DNA of 64,000 nucleotides, from NCBI GenBank assembly GCA_964106915.2, contig OZ066914.1. The stretch is one strand, 5' to 3'. Positions within the stretch are counted from its first letter, which is position 1. Each line of letters begins with the position of its first letter. The stretch is from Podarcis gaigeae. Taxonomy: Eukaryota. Below the pieces are notes generated by a model. That model did not search any database, was not told the DNA's origin, and saw only the letters and a list, made by a program, of their open reading frames with translations. Positions 48,801-62,384 of the stretch are shown here, one piece after another. The position numbers and the translations under genes are program-made.

Positions 48801-51800
48801 TACTGCAGACTCATTCCTAGCCTGCCATGTTCTCTCTTTGTACCTGCCCATGAGGAAAGAATCAAGTGGTGGGTAAGAGCAAATGCAAACCAGGGGTGTA
48901 GTACAACTCTTTGGGGATGGGATTCCATCACACACACCAGCAAATTCAGGTTGCACAATTTAAAGCCGATATGAAGTTCTTACGAAACATGCCCAACTTG
49001 CTCCCAGAATTGCAACTTTTGCAGTAAGGGAAGAGAAAATACCATGGAAATTGCTGCAATATTGTGTAGCCCGCCCCCCAAACCCACAAATTGGAGTGAA
49101 TGCTCATTAAATAGCCAACACCGTCTCATCTCCCTGCAAACAAAGCAGGACAAACTGTCCCTTGCCTGAAGGTGACTTGGGCAAAGGAGCTAGAGGATAA
49201 TGCTTGTTTAGAGAGAGACACTCTTACTCCCTGAGCCAAGGCTTAAAGAACGCCATTCTCAGACACAACTCACGTATGGAATAGGGAACTTCAAGCGAGA
49301 AATGTCAATGTTCTTTTTCAGTGGGATGGTGATTCTGTTTGGCAACACCAACCGGGCAGCAATGAGATCTTGAATCAAGGTATCTGAAAATGAACTGAAA
49401 GAGGAAAAACCACACATTTAATTATTGGTTTTTTTTAAAAAAAAAATGCTTTGTACAGCAGCTGTGCTTAAGGCAGACCTATCAGCCTCAAAGCCACAGC
49501 TACAAAGTTGATTGTCTTGTCACAAATAGCGCAGAAGAGGAATGGGTGTATGTGTCCTGGTTAAATCTGACATGCTTGGGATTTCTTTGGCTTCAGCAGG
49601 AAAAAAGAAAATCATATTGGCTCATGCTTGAGGAACTCCAGGGTAGGCTTTGCCATGGACTGTCATTAAGAAAATCTCATTACAAAGCCAAATATCTGAA
49701 TGCCCACAATACTAAATCTGAGAAAAGTTACAAAGCAAGCTAATAAACCCCACAAGCGCAACTGTGGCAAAATATATTCTTATCCTTCTCCACTGTTTGA
49801 GAAGAGTTCTGGGATGTCAAAAAGTAACAGAGGCAATCCATGTGATGGGCAGAGAGGCACTCTGCATACCTACAGCCACTAGTATGGAACAGCTGCCATA
49901 CAGAAGGGGGTGTTAGAAATGGTCTTCATTTTGGAGACTGTAATGTGTGAATTGGTCCCAACACGACTCTGACATCTCTGGCACATCACCTTCCTTCAGA
50001 TACAAGCCTTTTCCTTAGGTTGATGGAAACAAGTGAACATTTACCTAATGCCTGGAGCATCTAAGAGGTTCGTCAGTCCTGCCCAACTGATTTCCAAATG
50101 CTATATTAGGAATTAAAAGAGAGAGGGAGAAACCACGTGTTTAGCCACAGGAACAGACATGTATGTATTTACTTATAAACAAACAAATCTGTATAATACA
50201 GAACTGGCAAACAGTAGCGACCAAATTAGGAGCAAAGCTGTTTTTTGGCCTATTTAGCTGAATATTCTCTACACTTGTGGTCCTCAAGATGTTGTTGCAC
50301 TATAGTCACCCCATCACCGTTGGCCATGTTGGCTGAGGCTGATGGGAGCTGAAGTCCAACATCTCAAGGACCACAAGTTCCCCACCCATGTTCTACAGAG
50401 ATTGGCCTTTTCTCTCCAGGGACATTGAGGATTGAGCCTAGAACTTTTGCTTGGAAACCTTTGTGCACTAAAATCCAGCAGTACAGAATACAACGAAAGC
50501 CAACGGATGCCTCAAACACTTGAAGTCTCCCAATAAACACGCCCGTCATAAGCCTGTGAACGGTGGGTAATTAATAGCAATAACAATAGTTAATTCCATT
50601 TATCTCTAATGTGTGGGCATGTCAGTTTGGTATGAGAGCTGCGCCGTGTGGTAATTCTGACTGAGTTCAGATTACTCACAAACACTGAAGGCTTGGAGAG
50701 TCATGCAGCCCTAACTCATGCCTATTATAAAGAAATTGTGGCTGCTACCATGAGTTCCACAAGCAAAGAATTAGCACACACATCGTGGAATCCTCAGGGC
50801 AACAATGTGCTTGAGAAAGAGACGAACTTGAGGCTTGCCATACTGTCTGGATCCTTCCCATATATTTGTTCAGTGTGCGTCAACTTTCTCAACTCAATTA
50901 GGCATGCCTAAGTCAGGGTGGTCTTTTGCAGCACAATAAATCGCAATGCCGTTTCCAAAGCCAGCAATATGAGTTCTGGAACTGGTTAATTACTGAGGGC
51001 TCATCCAGACTTCCTTTTGTGTCGCATTTCTAGGCACAGATCCATTCTTTAAAGCTCTGTGTCCGTGTTAAAGAGCGGGCTTTCCTGAGGAAAGCTGCAG
51101 TCCCACCCCCCTCTAAAAAGCACGCAGACATAATTTCTGGTAACAACGTGAAGCTTAAAAGTCCAGATTTGTGCCTTCACCAGACGTGATCCCTCCAGAT
51201 GCTTTCCACCCCTAGTCTAAGTAATTAACAAATTCCAGAACTTTTTAGAAATGGCATTTTCATTCGAACCCTAGGTACCATAAGGCGTTTTGCTTTTCTT
51301 ACCTAACAGAAAACACCACAGCCCTAAGAGAAGAATTTAAGCTTTCTTCCTAGAAGCAGCCCTACCATGCAGCCATAAGTATATAGTAGGGAAGCTACTG
51401 GGGCGATTGCCCCGGGTGCAAATTTTTTAGAGGCACACCCCAGCCCAAGAAGGTATGCATGCATGTCCTGCAGGTGCTCCACACTGCAGGTGCAGCAGCA
51501 CTGAGTGGAGGCGCTGGTTAGGGGGTGCAATACTTGTCTTAGGGGACACAATACTTTCCTTGCCCCGGGTACTGGCAACCCCTGCTATGCCACTGCATGC
51601 AGCAGGGTGAAGTGACCACCCTGAGAGAGTGCCTCTTTCTGGAGATAGGGGCACTATTGAACTTTATTTCAGGCAGCAAAACGTACTGAGCCAGAAATGA
51701 TCTTTCTGAGACTAAGCAAAATGAGAACAAGCCTCAATGATTTAGTGACCCCTGCAGAAGGAGATCAAAGGCTGTCGCCCTATTCACACTTAGTACTAAG

Positions 51801-54800
51801 GGCAAGCCCCTTTCAACACAGTAGCATTTGCCTCTAAGGAATGTGTATGGGATTAAGGTTGTACATTATGCCCTCCCCTCCCCTCCCTTCCCCATCTTGC
51901 ACCTCTGTTTTAATGGCCACCTTTTCCACAGTGCAGCAAAAAGCTCACAAGCATTTGGAAAAGGTCTGCTGATTACCTTTACTTTGTGCCTCCTTTAAGT
52001 GACACGCTGTAAATTAAAAGCCGAAATAAACTCCAGACTAGAATTCATAACTTACAGGTTTCTGGATGAAAAACAAGGTTACAGCACCAATGAAAGGTGG
52101 ATCTGTCAGCAGGGGCTCCAGTATTACTCGCAATGTCCCATACAACTACAAAAGGCAAGGAAACCATATTTAGTGTAATGTATTCAGCCGCTCACACCAT
52201 TTAGTAAACTGCAAGTAAAGTGCAACTATACATACCTGTATTCCTTTCATTCCTGCTTTGAACTTGGACAATTCCATGTGAATTTCACAGTCACCTATAT
52301 AACTGAGAAAGGGTTCAAATTAGCATGTCACTAATCTGCAAGGAAAAAAGCCCTTGACATACAGAATACCAAATGCCCTTCTCATTGTCCTAAGCGGTTT
52401 TCCTTAGCTGCAAGTCAACTGATTACAAAATCAAGAAGGAAACCCAGTTTCAAGCTCCCTGTAAACAAGGGGACAAAGGACCAGATTTTCCAAGCGGGGC
52501 TGGCCCACCTGCTTTGGGCGGCAGGATCAGCAGGGGCAGCAGATCCAAACTCCAAGGAATGCATCACCTTCCGCTGCTACTATTAATGTTTGATGTTTTA
52601 TTATTATTTTTATATGTGTTGGAAGCCGCCCAGAGTGGCTGGGGCAACCCAGCCAGATGGGCGGGGTATAAATAAATAAAATATTATAATATTATTACCG
52701 CTGGTGCTGCTGCCCTGTGACATGCACTGGAGTGGCATCTAGGCAAACAGGAGGTGTTGCTGGTTTCTTCCCACCCTTGTCCCCACTGTAGATCTTTATC
52801 CCTGCCTTGTTCCAGATGTAGATCGTCACTCATTCCTCCTTGCCTGGGGACACACCATACTGTGGGCCACCTCAAGTGCCAAAATGTCTTGGGCCAGCCA
52901 TATCCCCAAGCAAGTACATTTTATAAGGTTTCCGAACAAATATGTTTTACAGTTTGCTCACCTGTCATAGGCAGCTGGCAGCTGCTTAGAAAAGTCGCTT
53001 TATCTCTCAGATCTTTGCTGCTACTTCTTACTATGCTTCTTAGAAACCATAGCTTCCCCCACCCATTGTTTGGATTGTAAGAAAGCAAAACACATCTAAA
53101 TAAACATAGGTCTCAAGATTAGCTTTATGCCACTGGTTAGGGGGCAACAAGCTAGTTGCATGCTTCTTTTTCTCATCTTTAGAGAGAGACTGACCAAAGC
53201 ACATATTTGCACCAGACTAGTCTCACAGCTTCAGATCAGATGAACAGTTAGTACGTATGAAACATATAAGGTTAGCAAGGGACTAAATGCAGCTATCCTA
53301 CACTCGGGATCTCTCAAGTTCAATCCAATTGAATTTGATGAGATTCGAATCTGCAGAGACATACACACAATAACCAGGCTGCAAAATTTCTTTTCATTTT
53401 CCAGTTATTTGCAGCTATACAAGTCTAGAACCGAGAGGGACCAGAGCTGTTCGGATTTTATGTTCAGCACTGAAAGGAGGTTTAGAATTAAACACCTGCT
53501 TAGGAAAGGAAACTGATGAGGAACCTGTGTTTTTGGACTCACTCTATTAGCTCCAGCCTGCATAGCCAACGGTCAGGGATGATGGGAACTGGAAGATGCA
53601 ACATTTGGGGGAAATCACAGGTTCCAGAGAACCATAGTTGAAGACTACTGCAAACAAGAGTGCAAAAAAACTACTATTTTAAGAAATCTATAATTTTTGT
53701 AGGGGCATTGCAAGAGTGATTTGCACATGAAACCTTGGGAGGCTTTGAAGACGATTGCCAGCTGGCTAAAATACTTGATCTTTATTCAAAAATGCCATTT
53801 AACGTATCTGCTCATGATTCAAAGAGCTTCAGGAAACCATTTCAGAAAACTGTTCTGTGCCTACTGAGAAGTGTGATTAAGTCCCTTGCTGCCAGACAAA
53901 TATCTAACTGGGGTATCATCACATGGGTTGCTGTGGCCTCCAAACATCAGATGAAAGACAAACATACATCTGCAGACTGTTCACACACAATTTCTTTTTT
54001 TTTTCTTTCATGCGCAAGAAAAAAATGTCATGTGTGAAGCCCCAAGCTGGAATGCAGACTGTGTAACTGGGTTTAAACTCAGAAGTACAAATGATGTTCA
54101 GTTTGCCTTGAAATCACACTACTGCATTTACATTTTCAGCCTTTGCTCCACAGCCACAATTGGGGTCTAAAGGTAATTTTATGTATCCCTTCTGAATTAA
54201 AAAGCACACATTAAATACCCAGTGACTCCTATAGCAGCCAGAAAGGCATACCAAAGCAAACCTCAGTTTAGCCAAAACTCACATGTCACAGAATCTCCAG
54301 AGGGTTAATCTAAACTTGCACATCCCTGTGTGAGCTGCATCCCTATGCATCTCTCCAAAGGTTTCAGCATGTATGTCACATCCTGCTCCATACCAAACTG
54401 GTTCTTTGAGCTGACATGGTAACATGCTTATTCAGCTCCTGCAACTCTCCCCACAAATGTGGATCCCTTCTCAAGCATGCAGCATGATGCTGCGACAGCC
54501 AACAAGGGCCAAGAGCTACATTTCCCTCAACACACCCTGCCCAATTTGACAAATCCAGCGGGAGAACCTTTGCAGATCCAATCCACCCATCAGCCAAAGA
54601 CTAGTTTCCTTGTGCTTTGAGATGTTTTGTGTTAGACCTATTAAACAAAAACATTGTATACACAGTATTTTCAGGAGGAATGTATATATATAAAGCTCTA
54701 TTACCAAAACCAGAGAGAGGCAAATTTAGGTTGTGTACACATTACCATTGACTCTGGCTCCATTACATGGAGATTAGACGCAATCCATATCTATCCTGAT

Positions 54801-57800
54801 ATTTTAGGGAAACTTCCATTCCCTTTTAAACATCTAACAGCTTGGTGTTAAAGCTGTGATGTGCCATTTCCAGTTCAACTTTTGAGGAAGCCAATTATAT
54901 TTTGGGTCATCCTGCCTCACAAATCGGGCCCCTTTGAACTCCATTAGAACAACAGATAGTTCAGCTGGTTAGAGCATGGTGCTCATAATGCCATGGTTGC
55001 AGGTTCGATTCCCGTATGGGACAGCTGTACATTCCTGCATTGCAGGGAGTTGGACTAGATGATCCCTCAGGGTCCCTTCCAACTCTAAGAAGATCCCTTA
55101 GCGGAGGCAGCAGCAGCAGCAAAGGCTGGGCCAAACAGAGCTATGCAGCAGGATCAGAGGAGGAAGAGACTTGCACAACTTGCTTGTCACAGGGGTATGA
55201 CAGTGAGCCAATGCTGATTCACAGATTTAATTGGATACCCGTTTTCCAAACTACTTCCTATGTGACAGCACAAGACACGTGCTATTAAATCCAAAATGGG
55301 TTGCTCATGCATTGTAGTCTATCAGTTAACATATCTGAAGTGACTCATCCGTTTAACATTGCTTTGATGCCCAAGGGAACTACACTCACAAGCACCTTAG
55401 TGCCCACCTGTTTGGGGGAAGATTGCGCAGGAAAGCCTTTAGGTGGGCAGGGTGGGGGGAGCAGAGAAGAAACAGGAGGCCAGATCAAGTAGCAGCCACT
55501 TCTCCATGGAGTGGAACCAATCCCAGTGAAAGCAACAGCGCTGGTCTTGGGTGCCAAATGTAAACGGCGCCAAAGGCCACCATGGCTGCAAAGGGAACAT
55601 TCAGAAATGTATGGTCCCAACTGCTTGGTGGTGAGCAACAGGTGAGTCTGTCCAGCCCAAAGCAGGCACACAGTTCATATAAATTTGGCACCAAATGTAA
55701 GCTGTGCTGCTTTTGGCAGGGATCAGGAGCTTCCGAGTGGCACCTATCCAGCCCAATAGCCGTAGGGCACCAAATCCAAATGGCATGTCAGATATAAGCC
55801 AAGGCTGAATAGGGAGAAATCAGGTGTGCAGTCTCATGCTTGCAACTGATTCAACTGTGGCTTTACCCATCCCGTGCCTAACCTTGGGTCAGTTGCACTG
55901 TTGCTGCTTACTGGAAGGCTGGAGGTGGCAGTGAGATGGAGCCAACCCATTTGAAGTGTGGCATCCTCCACCCCATCTCACTCCTCTATCACACACGAAG
56001 CAGCAATGACATGATCAGCCAGAGGTCAGATGAGGAGCAATGCCTCATCACACTATTTACTACTGCTGACAAGTGGGTGTGGCCAGCCCAAAGCAGTCTG
56101 AAAGACAAGTATTTCCTTACACTATTCCCACCCTCCCTACAAAATGCTCGTGTTTTGCCAAAGGGGCATGTGCAAAATATACTTTTGTGTTAATTGCTGC
56201 AACTATTATTCCCCGCCCCCCAGACTGCACTTATGCTCACAATCTGCGTGTTTCACATCCTCCAAAGCGGATTGCACTAATCAGGCAATTATATCTTGCA
56301 TGTTACTGGCTTTTCAGTTTCTTCCGTTGTCTTTGAGCCACGATGATCAGATTACATTAGTAATAGACAAGAGCCAAGAAATAAATTATGTCGTCATGTA
56401 ATCACCATCATGCGGTCTTGTGTAACCCTCGAAGTACAGCCAATTATGTTACTCAGCTTTGATCAATGTTGAATTCAACCGGTAACATGCAGCAACAATG
56501 CACTTAAGTAAAAAGCAGTCACGGGCATCAACCAAGTCAGCTTTAAGTACCCCTTTGGGACACCTGCTTGGCCACCGTGAGAACATAATGCTGGATCAGA
56601 TGTGCCTTTGGCCTGATTCAGCAGGGCTAGAGATCTTATGTTCTTATGACTGTCAATTCAACACAATCAGACTTGCCTATGCTAATCTAAAGAAATACTA
56701 AACCACATAGACAAGACTGCAGTAACGCCAACGTTTAACAAAAGCTAAATATAAAATCTGGAAATAGGGTTAAGTCATAACAGCAATGTTTTGTGAGCTG
56801 TCTCATACCCGCAAAACCCATATGTTCTTTTTTTTAAAAAAAAAAATCTCCCAACCCCTTTGCAAAAGGTGTAAACTATCTGCAAGGGGGTGGAAAGAGG
56901 TGCATGCATTGCCCAAGTCACCATGCCAAAGCTCTCTCTCTCCCCAACTCAGCTGCACAGAATGGACTAGCTGAGGCAGGGCATGTGTTCGCATTCTGCT
57001 GCAGCTGGTTGTGTACAGCTATGCACAAATAAGAGCTAGGCCAGGGAGGAAAAATGTCTTGCCCTACAGCAGGAAAAGGAATCAAGAGTGAGGCATACCA
57101 AGAAGACACAGTGCATTTCCCTGCTGACCTGGACAACTAGGGATCCTGTTCCTCTCTCCCTTCCTCATTCAGAGTGAGGGCAATGGGAGTCTCTGCTTGC
57201 CCTAAGTGATGTCATCACATAATCACACCTGATTACAGAGTCCTGTGTAATTCCCATATTCATCACGTGTTCCCTAATTGGTTGAGATCAGGCAGCGAAG
57301 AAGCCTTTCAAAGATAGAAGGAAAAATAATGGCACCAAAGCAGCAAGTTGCAGAAAGAACTGTTGTGGGGAACAACATGGCAAAATGTGATAGGTCCTCA
57401 TTTCTCCTCAATCTTGACTATTTTCCTCCCCCCCAAAACAGCAATTTCACATTGAAAAGCAAACCTCACAAGACTTCAGCATAGAGCTAGAACTTCCCAA
57501 CCACCAACACTTTGATAGGAAGGAATTCTTCTCCATGTTTAACCTGCTTAGCTTTATTGCAGGTCACATTTAAACTCGCTGAAAGTTGTGGAGCATTTGT
57601 CACATTACAGGTGTAAACAGAGAATTCCAGCTGCTCCCACTTTTTCTTTGAGCCACAGAAAGGATCTGACAGCTGCTCCCAGTTCACAAGGCAAGGCAAC
57701 ATTCTCCAAGGTGCCCAACTGGATGAGCCGGTTTTTCTGTCCACTTGGATCCTCCCTCTGCTGGGACTCTTCCTTAGGTGACCTCAACACAGCATCCTCT

Positions 57801-60673
57801 GTGAGTCATAAGGAGGACTGTGGATACCAGCCAAGCAAGACTGGCCTATTTGTAATGGAAAGCTACCTGCATGTCCAAGCCCTATCTGAGAGGACACCCA
57901 CAAATCATTTTCACAATGAAATGCCCTACCCCAGAGGGCACATAGTTGTGTCCAGGACACTGTTCCATTAAAACAACAACAACAACCCAAATGCATCCCC
58001 CGCTAAAGCAACTCAACAGCACGTCTTATAAAGAACTGGCTTGAACAAGCCAGCACCACACAGTTCTTTGCCCAAAGTAGCTTCTCTGGAATCTGCAGTT
58101 TTATGGGGTTTAGGAGACTACTGTAGGCTGGGGTAGCTCAGCTGGTAGAGCATGAGAGTCTTAATCTCAGGGTTGTGGGTTCAGGTCCCATGTTGGGCAA
58201 AATGTTCTTGCATTCCAAGGTGTTGGACTAGATGACACTTGTGGTCCCTTCCAACTCTACAATTCATGATAAACCATTTTACTTTGCCCTTTGGAGGGGA
58301 CATCCAAAGTAATATTTTTGCCACTCCTTTCAGCACATTCTTTAAAGTCTATTTTCATAGCTATAAAGACTAGAAATTTTGAGAAAGTCAAGATGGCAGA
58401 AGGATTTAGCATCATAACAAATATAAAATCACATGGCTTTTCTGTAGTTTTGTAGAATATGTGTAACACTCTGCTAGTGAACTTTCACAGGCACCATCCA
58501 CATACCTTCAAGTGTTTCTCGTTTCTCAAAACCACACCAGTTTTGAGGCTCCTGTTTTTAAAATTTGCCATGTTCTAAATGCAGCCACATCAGAGAGACA
58601 GTCACCTGCAGCATCATGAATAAATACTGGCTACAGCTTGTGTTTAGTTAGGAGAGAGCTTAACCACAATCCTGGATTTGGAAGACAGGCTAAGCCAAAC
58701 CTTGCCTTGCCATGGTATGGGAGTAAAAAAAATAAAAAGGCTGGTAAGGAGCAAAGCAACTGCAAGTTCCTCTCTGGGAGCCCACACATTCCCATAGTGC
58801 TCCTGAGAAGCCATAGCTTGGTTTATCATGATCTGACATGTGAACCAGGCTGCAGAGACCCTTGTAACTGCCCATTGCACTTTTTCTCTTTTAGCAATGT
58901 AGGAACAGGACTATATGCAAGCACAGAAATAGCAACAGACAGCACAGGCTCTGCATTCATTAAATACTAATAAAGGTACTCTCCTTAATGGGCTCAGCAT
59001 TTTCCCCAAACTATTTTCAAACATCTCTCAGTGTTGCAACATACTGTATGTCCTTCTCTTTGAGGTCCCGGAGGAGGAGGATAGAAAACATAATTGATTG
59101 ATATAATTGATTGATGAAAAGCAATTCTATCAAGGTGCCCAAATCAGCTCATTGACTTTCCTTGACCACTGCACTGTAAGATCAGAGAATTCTTAGTGAC
59201 AAGCTATACGGTGGCGGCGGCGGCGGGGGTGGGGAGCAATACTGCCCTACCATATTTGCAAGTCCAGGATCACTTGTCTTCTATCGACTTCTTTGGTATA
59301 GGCCTTTACTCCTTTGATTTTAGGGCACTGAAAGCAGAGAAGACACACAGCAGTGTTATCAGCCACTGTGATGAGCAACATACTGAAAAAAGGTCCAATT
59401 GCCTTGGAAAACAAGTAGAATGTTCAAATATCAGACTAGACGCATTTAAATACCAGAGGAAACAGGAAGCGGAACTTTGAACTTGGTTATAGCAGGCAAC
59501 TTGCCCTCTAAATCCTGTCTTGCTAAATTCTAAATCAGAATGGAACAAGGCGTCCTAAACTGAACATCCCTCCCAGAGAAGAGGAATTCTGGTATTTAAC
59601 AATGCTGCTAAAGAAAATTCAAGGCAGAAACAAATATTTTGGTTAGACTGACACTAAGTTGTTACAGTCCTAACAAAGGCTGGCTGTTCATACTTCTTGA
59701 TATTTTTTAAAGCGCTAAAGAGCAGAAACTAAGCAGTTCACACACTTAGTATAAATTGAGGTGGAGGAAGAGAGGAGGAAATCTCTCACAAAGAGATACA
59801 TGGAAGTTACTTTGTTTTAAGCACTATTCCTCCCCCTGCCCGAGCCACATATCCCAAAATCAATTAGCTTAGGTTTTCACAGCCAATGCCGTCACCTTAC
59901 CTTGTCTCCAAACTGGATTTTAGTGAATGTACATGTTTTCAAGTGCACGTTCTTTGCTCTGATTTTTGGTTCAAGGACTTCCTTAAATGTTTTTTCCATG
60001 ATGCTCCCAAAGTATGGCCAGGCCTGTTCAAGAACCTAAATACCACACAAAGCAGAAAAAAAGAATAGAAGCTTTGCATCATACAATGGAGTCTATACTG
60101 TGGTTCTGAATATCTAAAGATAGCAAGCAGAGAGAGTTAGTTTGCTAGTTTCCTTTTTAAAAAATAAAATAAAATATCAGATTACAGCAGGAGCACTCAG
60201 TGAGGAGTGGAGTCCACTGCCATTTACTGGGAAGGAGAGAGGGAATGGCGAGGTGGTGAAGAGGCTGGCGGTGTGCAAATACATCATCACCACCACCCTT
60301 TTCACCAACTGTTCCTGGATTCTAGAACAGAAGCAGGAAACACATTCAGCACCAAGGATTGCACTGAAAACACATGAGAAGGACAGAGGGTCTCAAGTAA
60401 ATGCAGTCCAAAACTAGAATAGCCCAGTGGCCAGTGATAATTCTTATGTAAACCTTATGTAAACTTCTTGAAAAGTGGTATGCCCAACATGAGCATTTAA
60501 CCCACCCACTCACTAGAGCAAATATATTTATTCACTGGACATTTATGTGCTGTGTTTTAGATCTAGCTTTACAGAGAGTATATAAAGTCTGTCCAGATCA
60601 AACTTGTCTTGATGTTGGTTCAGTGCCTCACCTTGTTCAGCCATTCCACCCGTTCAACATCAGGGAAGTGAAC
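31039..60673 (-). CDS. ESYT3: Extended synaptotagmin-3, 5'-partial (774 aa in window: SMP, C2A, C2B, linker, C2C). Exons: 60632-60673, 59901-60035, 59251-59327, 52236-52302, 52056-52145, 50045-50100, 49274-49394, 48433-48594, 47516-47598, 46296-46344, 45383-45472, 44893-44955, 43367-43435, 42277-42342, 39989-40075, 38691-38840, 35756-36240, 34460-34558, 33788-33919, 31808-31913, 31363-31412, 31039-31084
   Basis: 22 GT-AG exons sum to 2325 nt in frame. Motifs include VHFPDVERVEWLNK (SMP start), LYGTLRVILEPLL, GKSDPYALLRVG and YDEDPDKDDFLG (C2A), LGEIHLTVRY and KKRTLNPHYDE (C2C), and the C-terminus WYQLTRNGQPGQPQS*. Exon 1 is outside the window. Confidence 0.96.
33428..33590 (-). mobile_element. 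LINE/SINE 3' tail fragment with compound (AAC)n(AAT)n microsatellite
   Basis: tttatttctaccccgccctccccagccaaggccgggctcagagtggcttaca directly next to the simple repeat. Confidence 0.6.
36329..36737 (+). mobile_element. 5'-truncated, 5'-inverted L1 insertion with poly(A)-like tail and TSD
   Basis: 36369 onward reads QIKLMDYAQMAKMTGRIRNQEDQNFNKEWGKCITYIK (L1 ORF2 C-terminus-like), then a 3'UTR and an A-rich tail. 36329-36369 is inverted (EDKVPTREEWQIK on the minus strand). The TSD aaggaagtag(ag)ttttgtc is at 36310-36328 and 36736-36752. Confidence 0.85.
36812..36854. repeat. (TC)n microsatellite
   Basis: Read directly from the sequence. Confidence 0.95.
37725..38123 (+). mobile_element. Penelope-like element terminal (pLTR) fragment with internal duplication and (TA)n tail; boundaries approximate
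   Basis: It contains a minimal hammerhead motif, a CpG-rich stretch unlike its flanks, and a 56-bp direct duplication (37778 and 37873), and ends in (TA)n. Confidence 0.6.
37973..38016 (+). ncRNA. Minimal type I hammerhead ribozyme motif
   Basis: CTGAAGA (37978-37984), T, stem II GACGAG/TGAGAC loop/CTCGTC (perfect 6 bp), GAAA (38004-38007), CG, TC. Cleavage is predicted after 38011. Stem I is only weakly paired. Confidence 0.7.
39155..39282. mobile_element. hAT-type MITE
   Basis: 15-bp TIRs cagcgtttcccaaac / gtttgggaaacgctg around an internal hairpin. Flanks cactagat / atctagac resemble the nTCTAGAn hAT target site. Confidence 0.8.
40324..40661 (-). mobile_element. Solo LTR (338 bp) with 5-bp TSD
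   Basis: On the minus strand it begins TGTTATGTACTGAG and ends GAGTATATTTCA. The TSD cctgt is at 40319-40323 and 40662-40666. It has multiple CCAAT boxes, TATATAAA (40426-40433) and AATAAA (40361-40366) in U3-R order. Confidence 0.88.
45037..45065. repeat. (GTTACT)n hexamer repeat
   Basis: Read directly from the sequence. Confidence 0.85.
52590..52690 (+). mobile_element. SINE/LINE 3' tail fragment; a related inverted copy lies at about 42520-42585
   Basis: ggaagccgcccagagtggctggggcaacccagccagatgggcggggtataaataaataaa, with its reverse complement at 42543-42578. Confidence 0.7.
54953..55090 (+). mobile_element. tRNA-headed SINE with CR1-derived tail (Squam3-like)
   Basis: A box (tagttcagctgg) and B box (ggttcgattccc), then the CR1 tail ggactagatgatccctcagggtcccttccaactcta. 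Confidence 0.8.
58126..58265 (+). mobile_element. tRNA(Lys)-like-headed SINE with CR1-derived tail (Squam3-like)
   Basis: Head gtagctcagctggtagagcatgagagtcttaatctcagggttgtgggttc fused to a ggactagatgac...ggtcccttccaactctac tail. Confidence 0.8.
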
Positions 60674-61823
60674 CTGGCAAGCAAGAACAAACAAAAAAGC
60701 GAGATGTGAGCTCATTTTTTTCAAAAAATGAATTATAGACAGGGTGCAAGTAAAGACAATGGGATTATGAAATACATTGATGAGAAACTATGGTGCACAG
60801 AACAACTTGTGAGGTTCTTTTCAATGGGAGTTAGTCCATTGATGTGTGTGCGTTGGCAAACTTAGTAACGGGCTTCCAAGGAAGCTTGTGCAAATCTTAT
60901 TGCTACGCATTCAAGAATACTGCTTTGGGCTCCCCTTTCCCAACAGGGAAATTTAATTTCATTGAGTCAGTGGCCTACAGAAGACAGAACAGTCAGCATA
61001 TAAGGCATTCTTGACAATACAGTCAAAAGAAACAAGCACACAAGCAGGATCAAATTCTCAGTAACAGGAGGCCAATCCTCCAGAGTCCAAATCCTAAACG
61101 GCTGCTTTTTTCCTTGCCATGCATTTAAAGCACATCAATTTCCTGCAAACTGTAAAAAAAAGCTATTCCTCAAAAAGCTATAATTTCCAGCTCCTTTAAC
61201 GAACTACAGTTCCCATGATTCCTTGGGGGAAGCCATGTGCTTTAATTATATAGCATGGATGTCTGTCTCTCTCACACCCATCCAGTTATGCTCTGCCTTG
61301 ACTAATTTGAGCTCCCTTAGGGATGAAAGAAGTGCCTATTTTAGCCGCCTGACAAGCCAATTATTCTCCATCATGACCAGGGCAGTTTTTCTATGTTGCA
61401 GTAAGAGGACGCAGCTCAAAACAAGACCTACAATGCCTACAAACAATGGGAAGTTATAGCATCACTTAAAATGCAGACCAGAAGTACACCAGAAGCTTTG
61501 GGGTTTTCACAAGATTATTTGTTCCACAAAAACTCCAACCTATGTAGAATTTACATAACTTTCCTGACTATGGTGCTTCAGGTTCTGTTCTGGGCTTCAC
61601 TTGCTTCTGCACCATTCAGTTCATAGAGCTCAGCCAACTCAAACATTCATTGTGTGCCTGTGGAATAGACAGGACCTCTTCAGACTCAAGCTGGGACAAT
61701 TCTGTTTTGAATACACCTCAGGGTAAAAAGATACCCTGATTGTGGAAGGCTAATATGTCAAGAACAAGAAGGGTTTAATCCTTGCATTATTATTGCTGTT
61801 TAAGCTGGTAGAGCATTCAAATA

Positions 61824-62064
61824 CAGTGGAACCTTGGTTCTCGAATGCCTTGGTACTCAAACATTTTGGCTCCCGAATGCTGAAAATCCAGAAATAAGTG
61901 TTCCGGTTTTTGAACGTTTTTCGGAAGCCGAACATCCACTGCGGCTGTCGGCTATTGTTTCCAGGGTGCCTGCACCAGTCAGAAGTTGTGCCTTGGTTTT
62001 TGAACGTTTCGGAAGTTTAACAGACTTCCGGAATGGATTATGTTTGAGAACCAAGGTACCACTG
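61824..62064. mobile_element. Tc1/mariner-type MITE (second family)
   Basis: TIRs cagtggaaccttggttctc / gagaaccaaggtaccactg with TA flanks. Confidence 0.88.
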
Positions 62065-62384
62065 TACCTGAACCTTCAGTCTGACTATGCTATAGCCTGC
62101 TATTTATTAACATTTGAACTGGCTCCAAGAATGACGAATTCTCCATTTGAAGATCGCCTCAGACACCAAATCTCTTGACTCCAAGTTCCTCCCACTACTG
62201 TAAACTTTGCTTCTGTAGCACTGTCTGAATCAGCCATTAGTGACATGTAAAATTTGGTAGATACACACTGTTCATGGCCCATATAGATGTGAATCCAAGA
62301 CAATTACTGCTGTCCCAAAATATTCACAGCAAAAACTTAACCCTGTCTACTGAGAGGTAAGACCTATTGATGTCAACGGGGCTT

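Noticed and set aside
54953-55025. tRNA-like sequence (also at 58126-58200)
   Set aside because: The acceptor stems are degenerate and both are fused to CR1 tails, so they are SINE heads, not tRNA genes.
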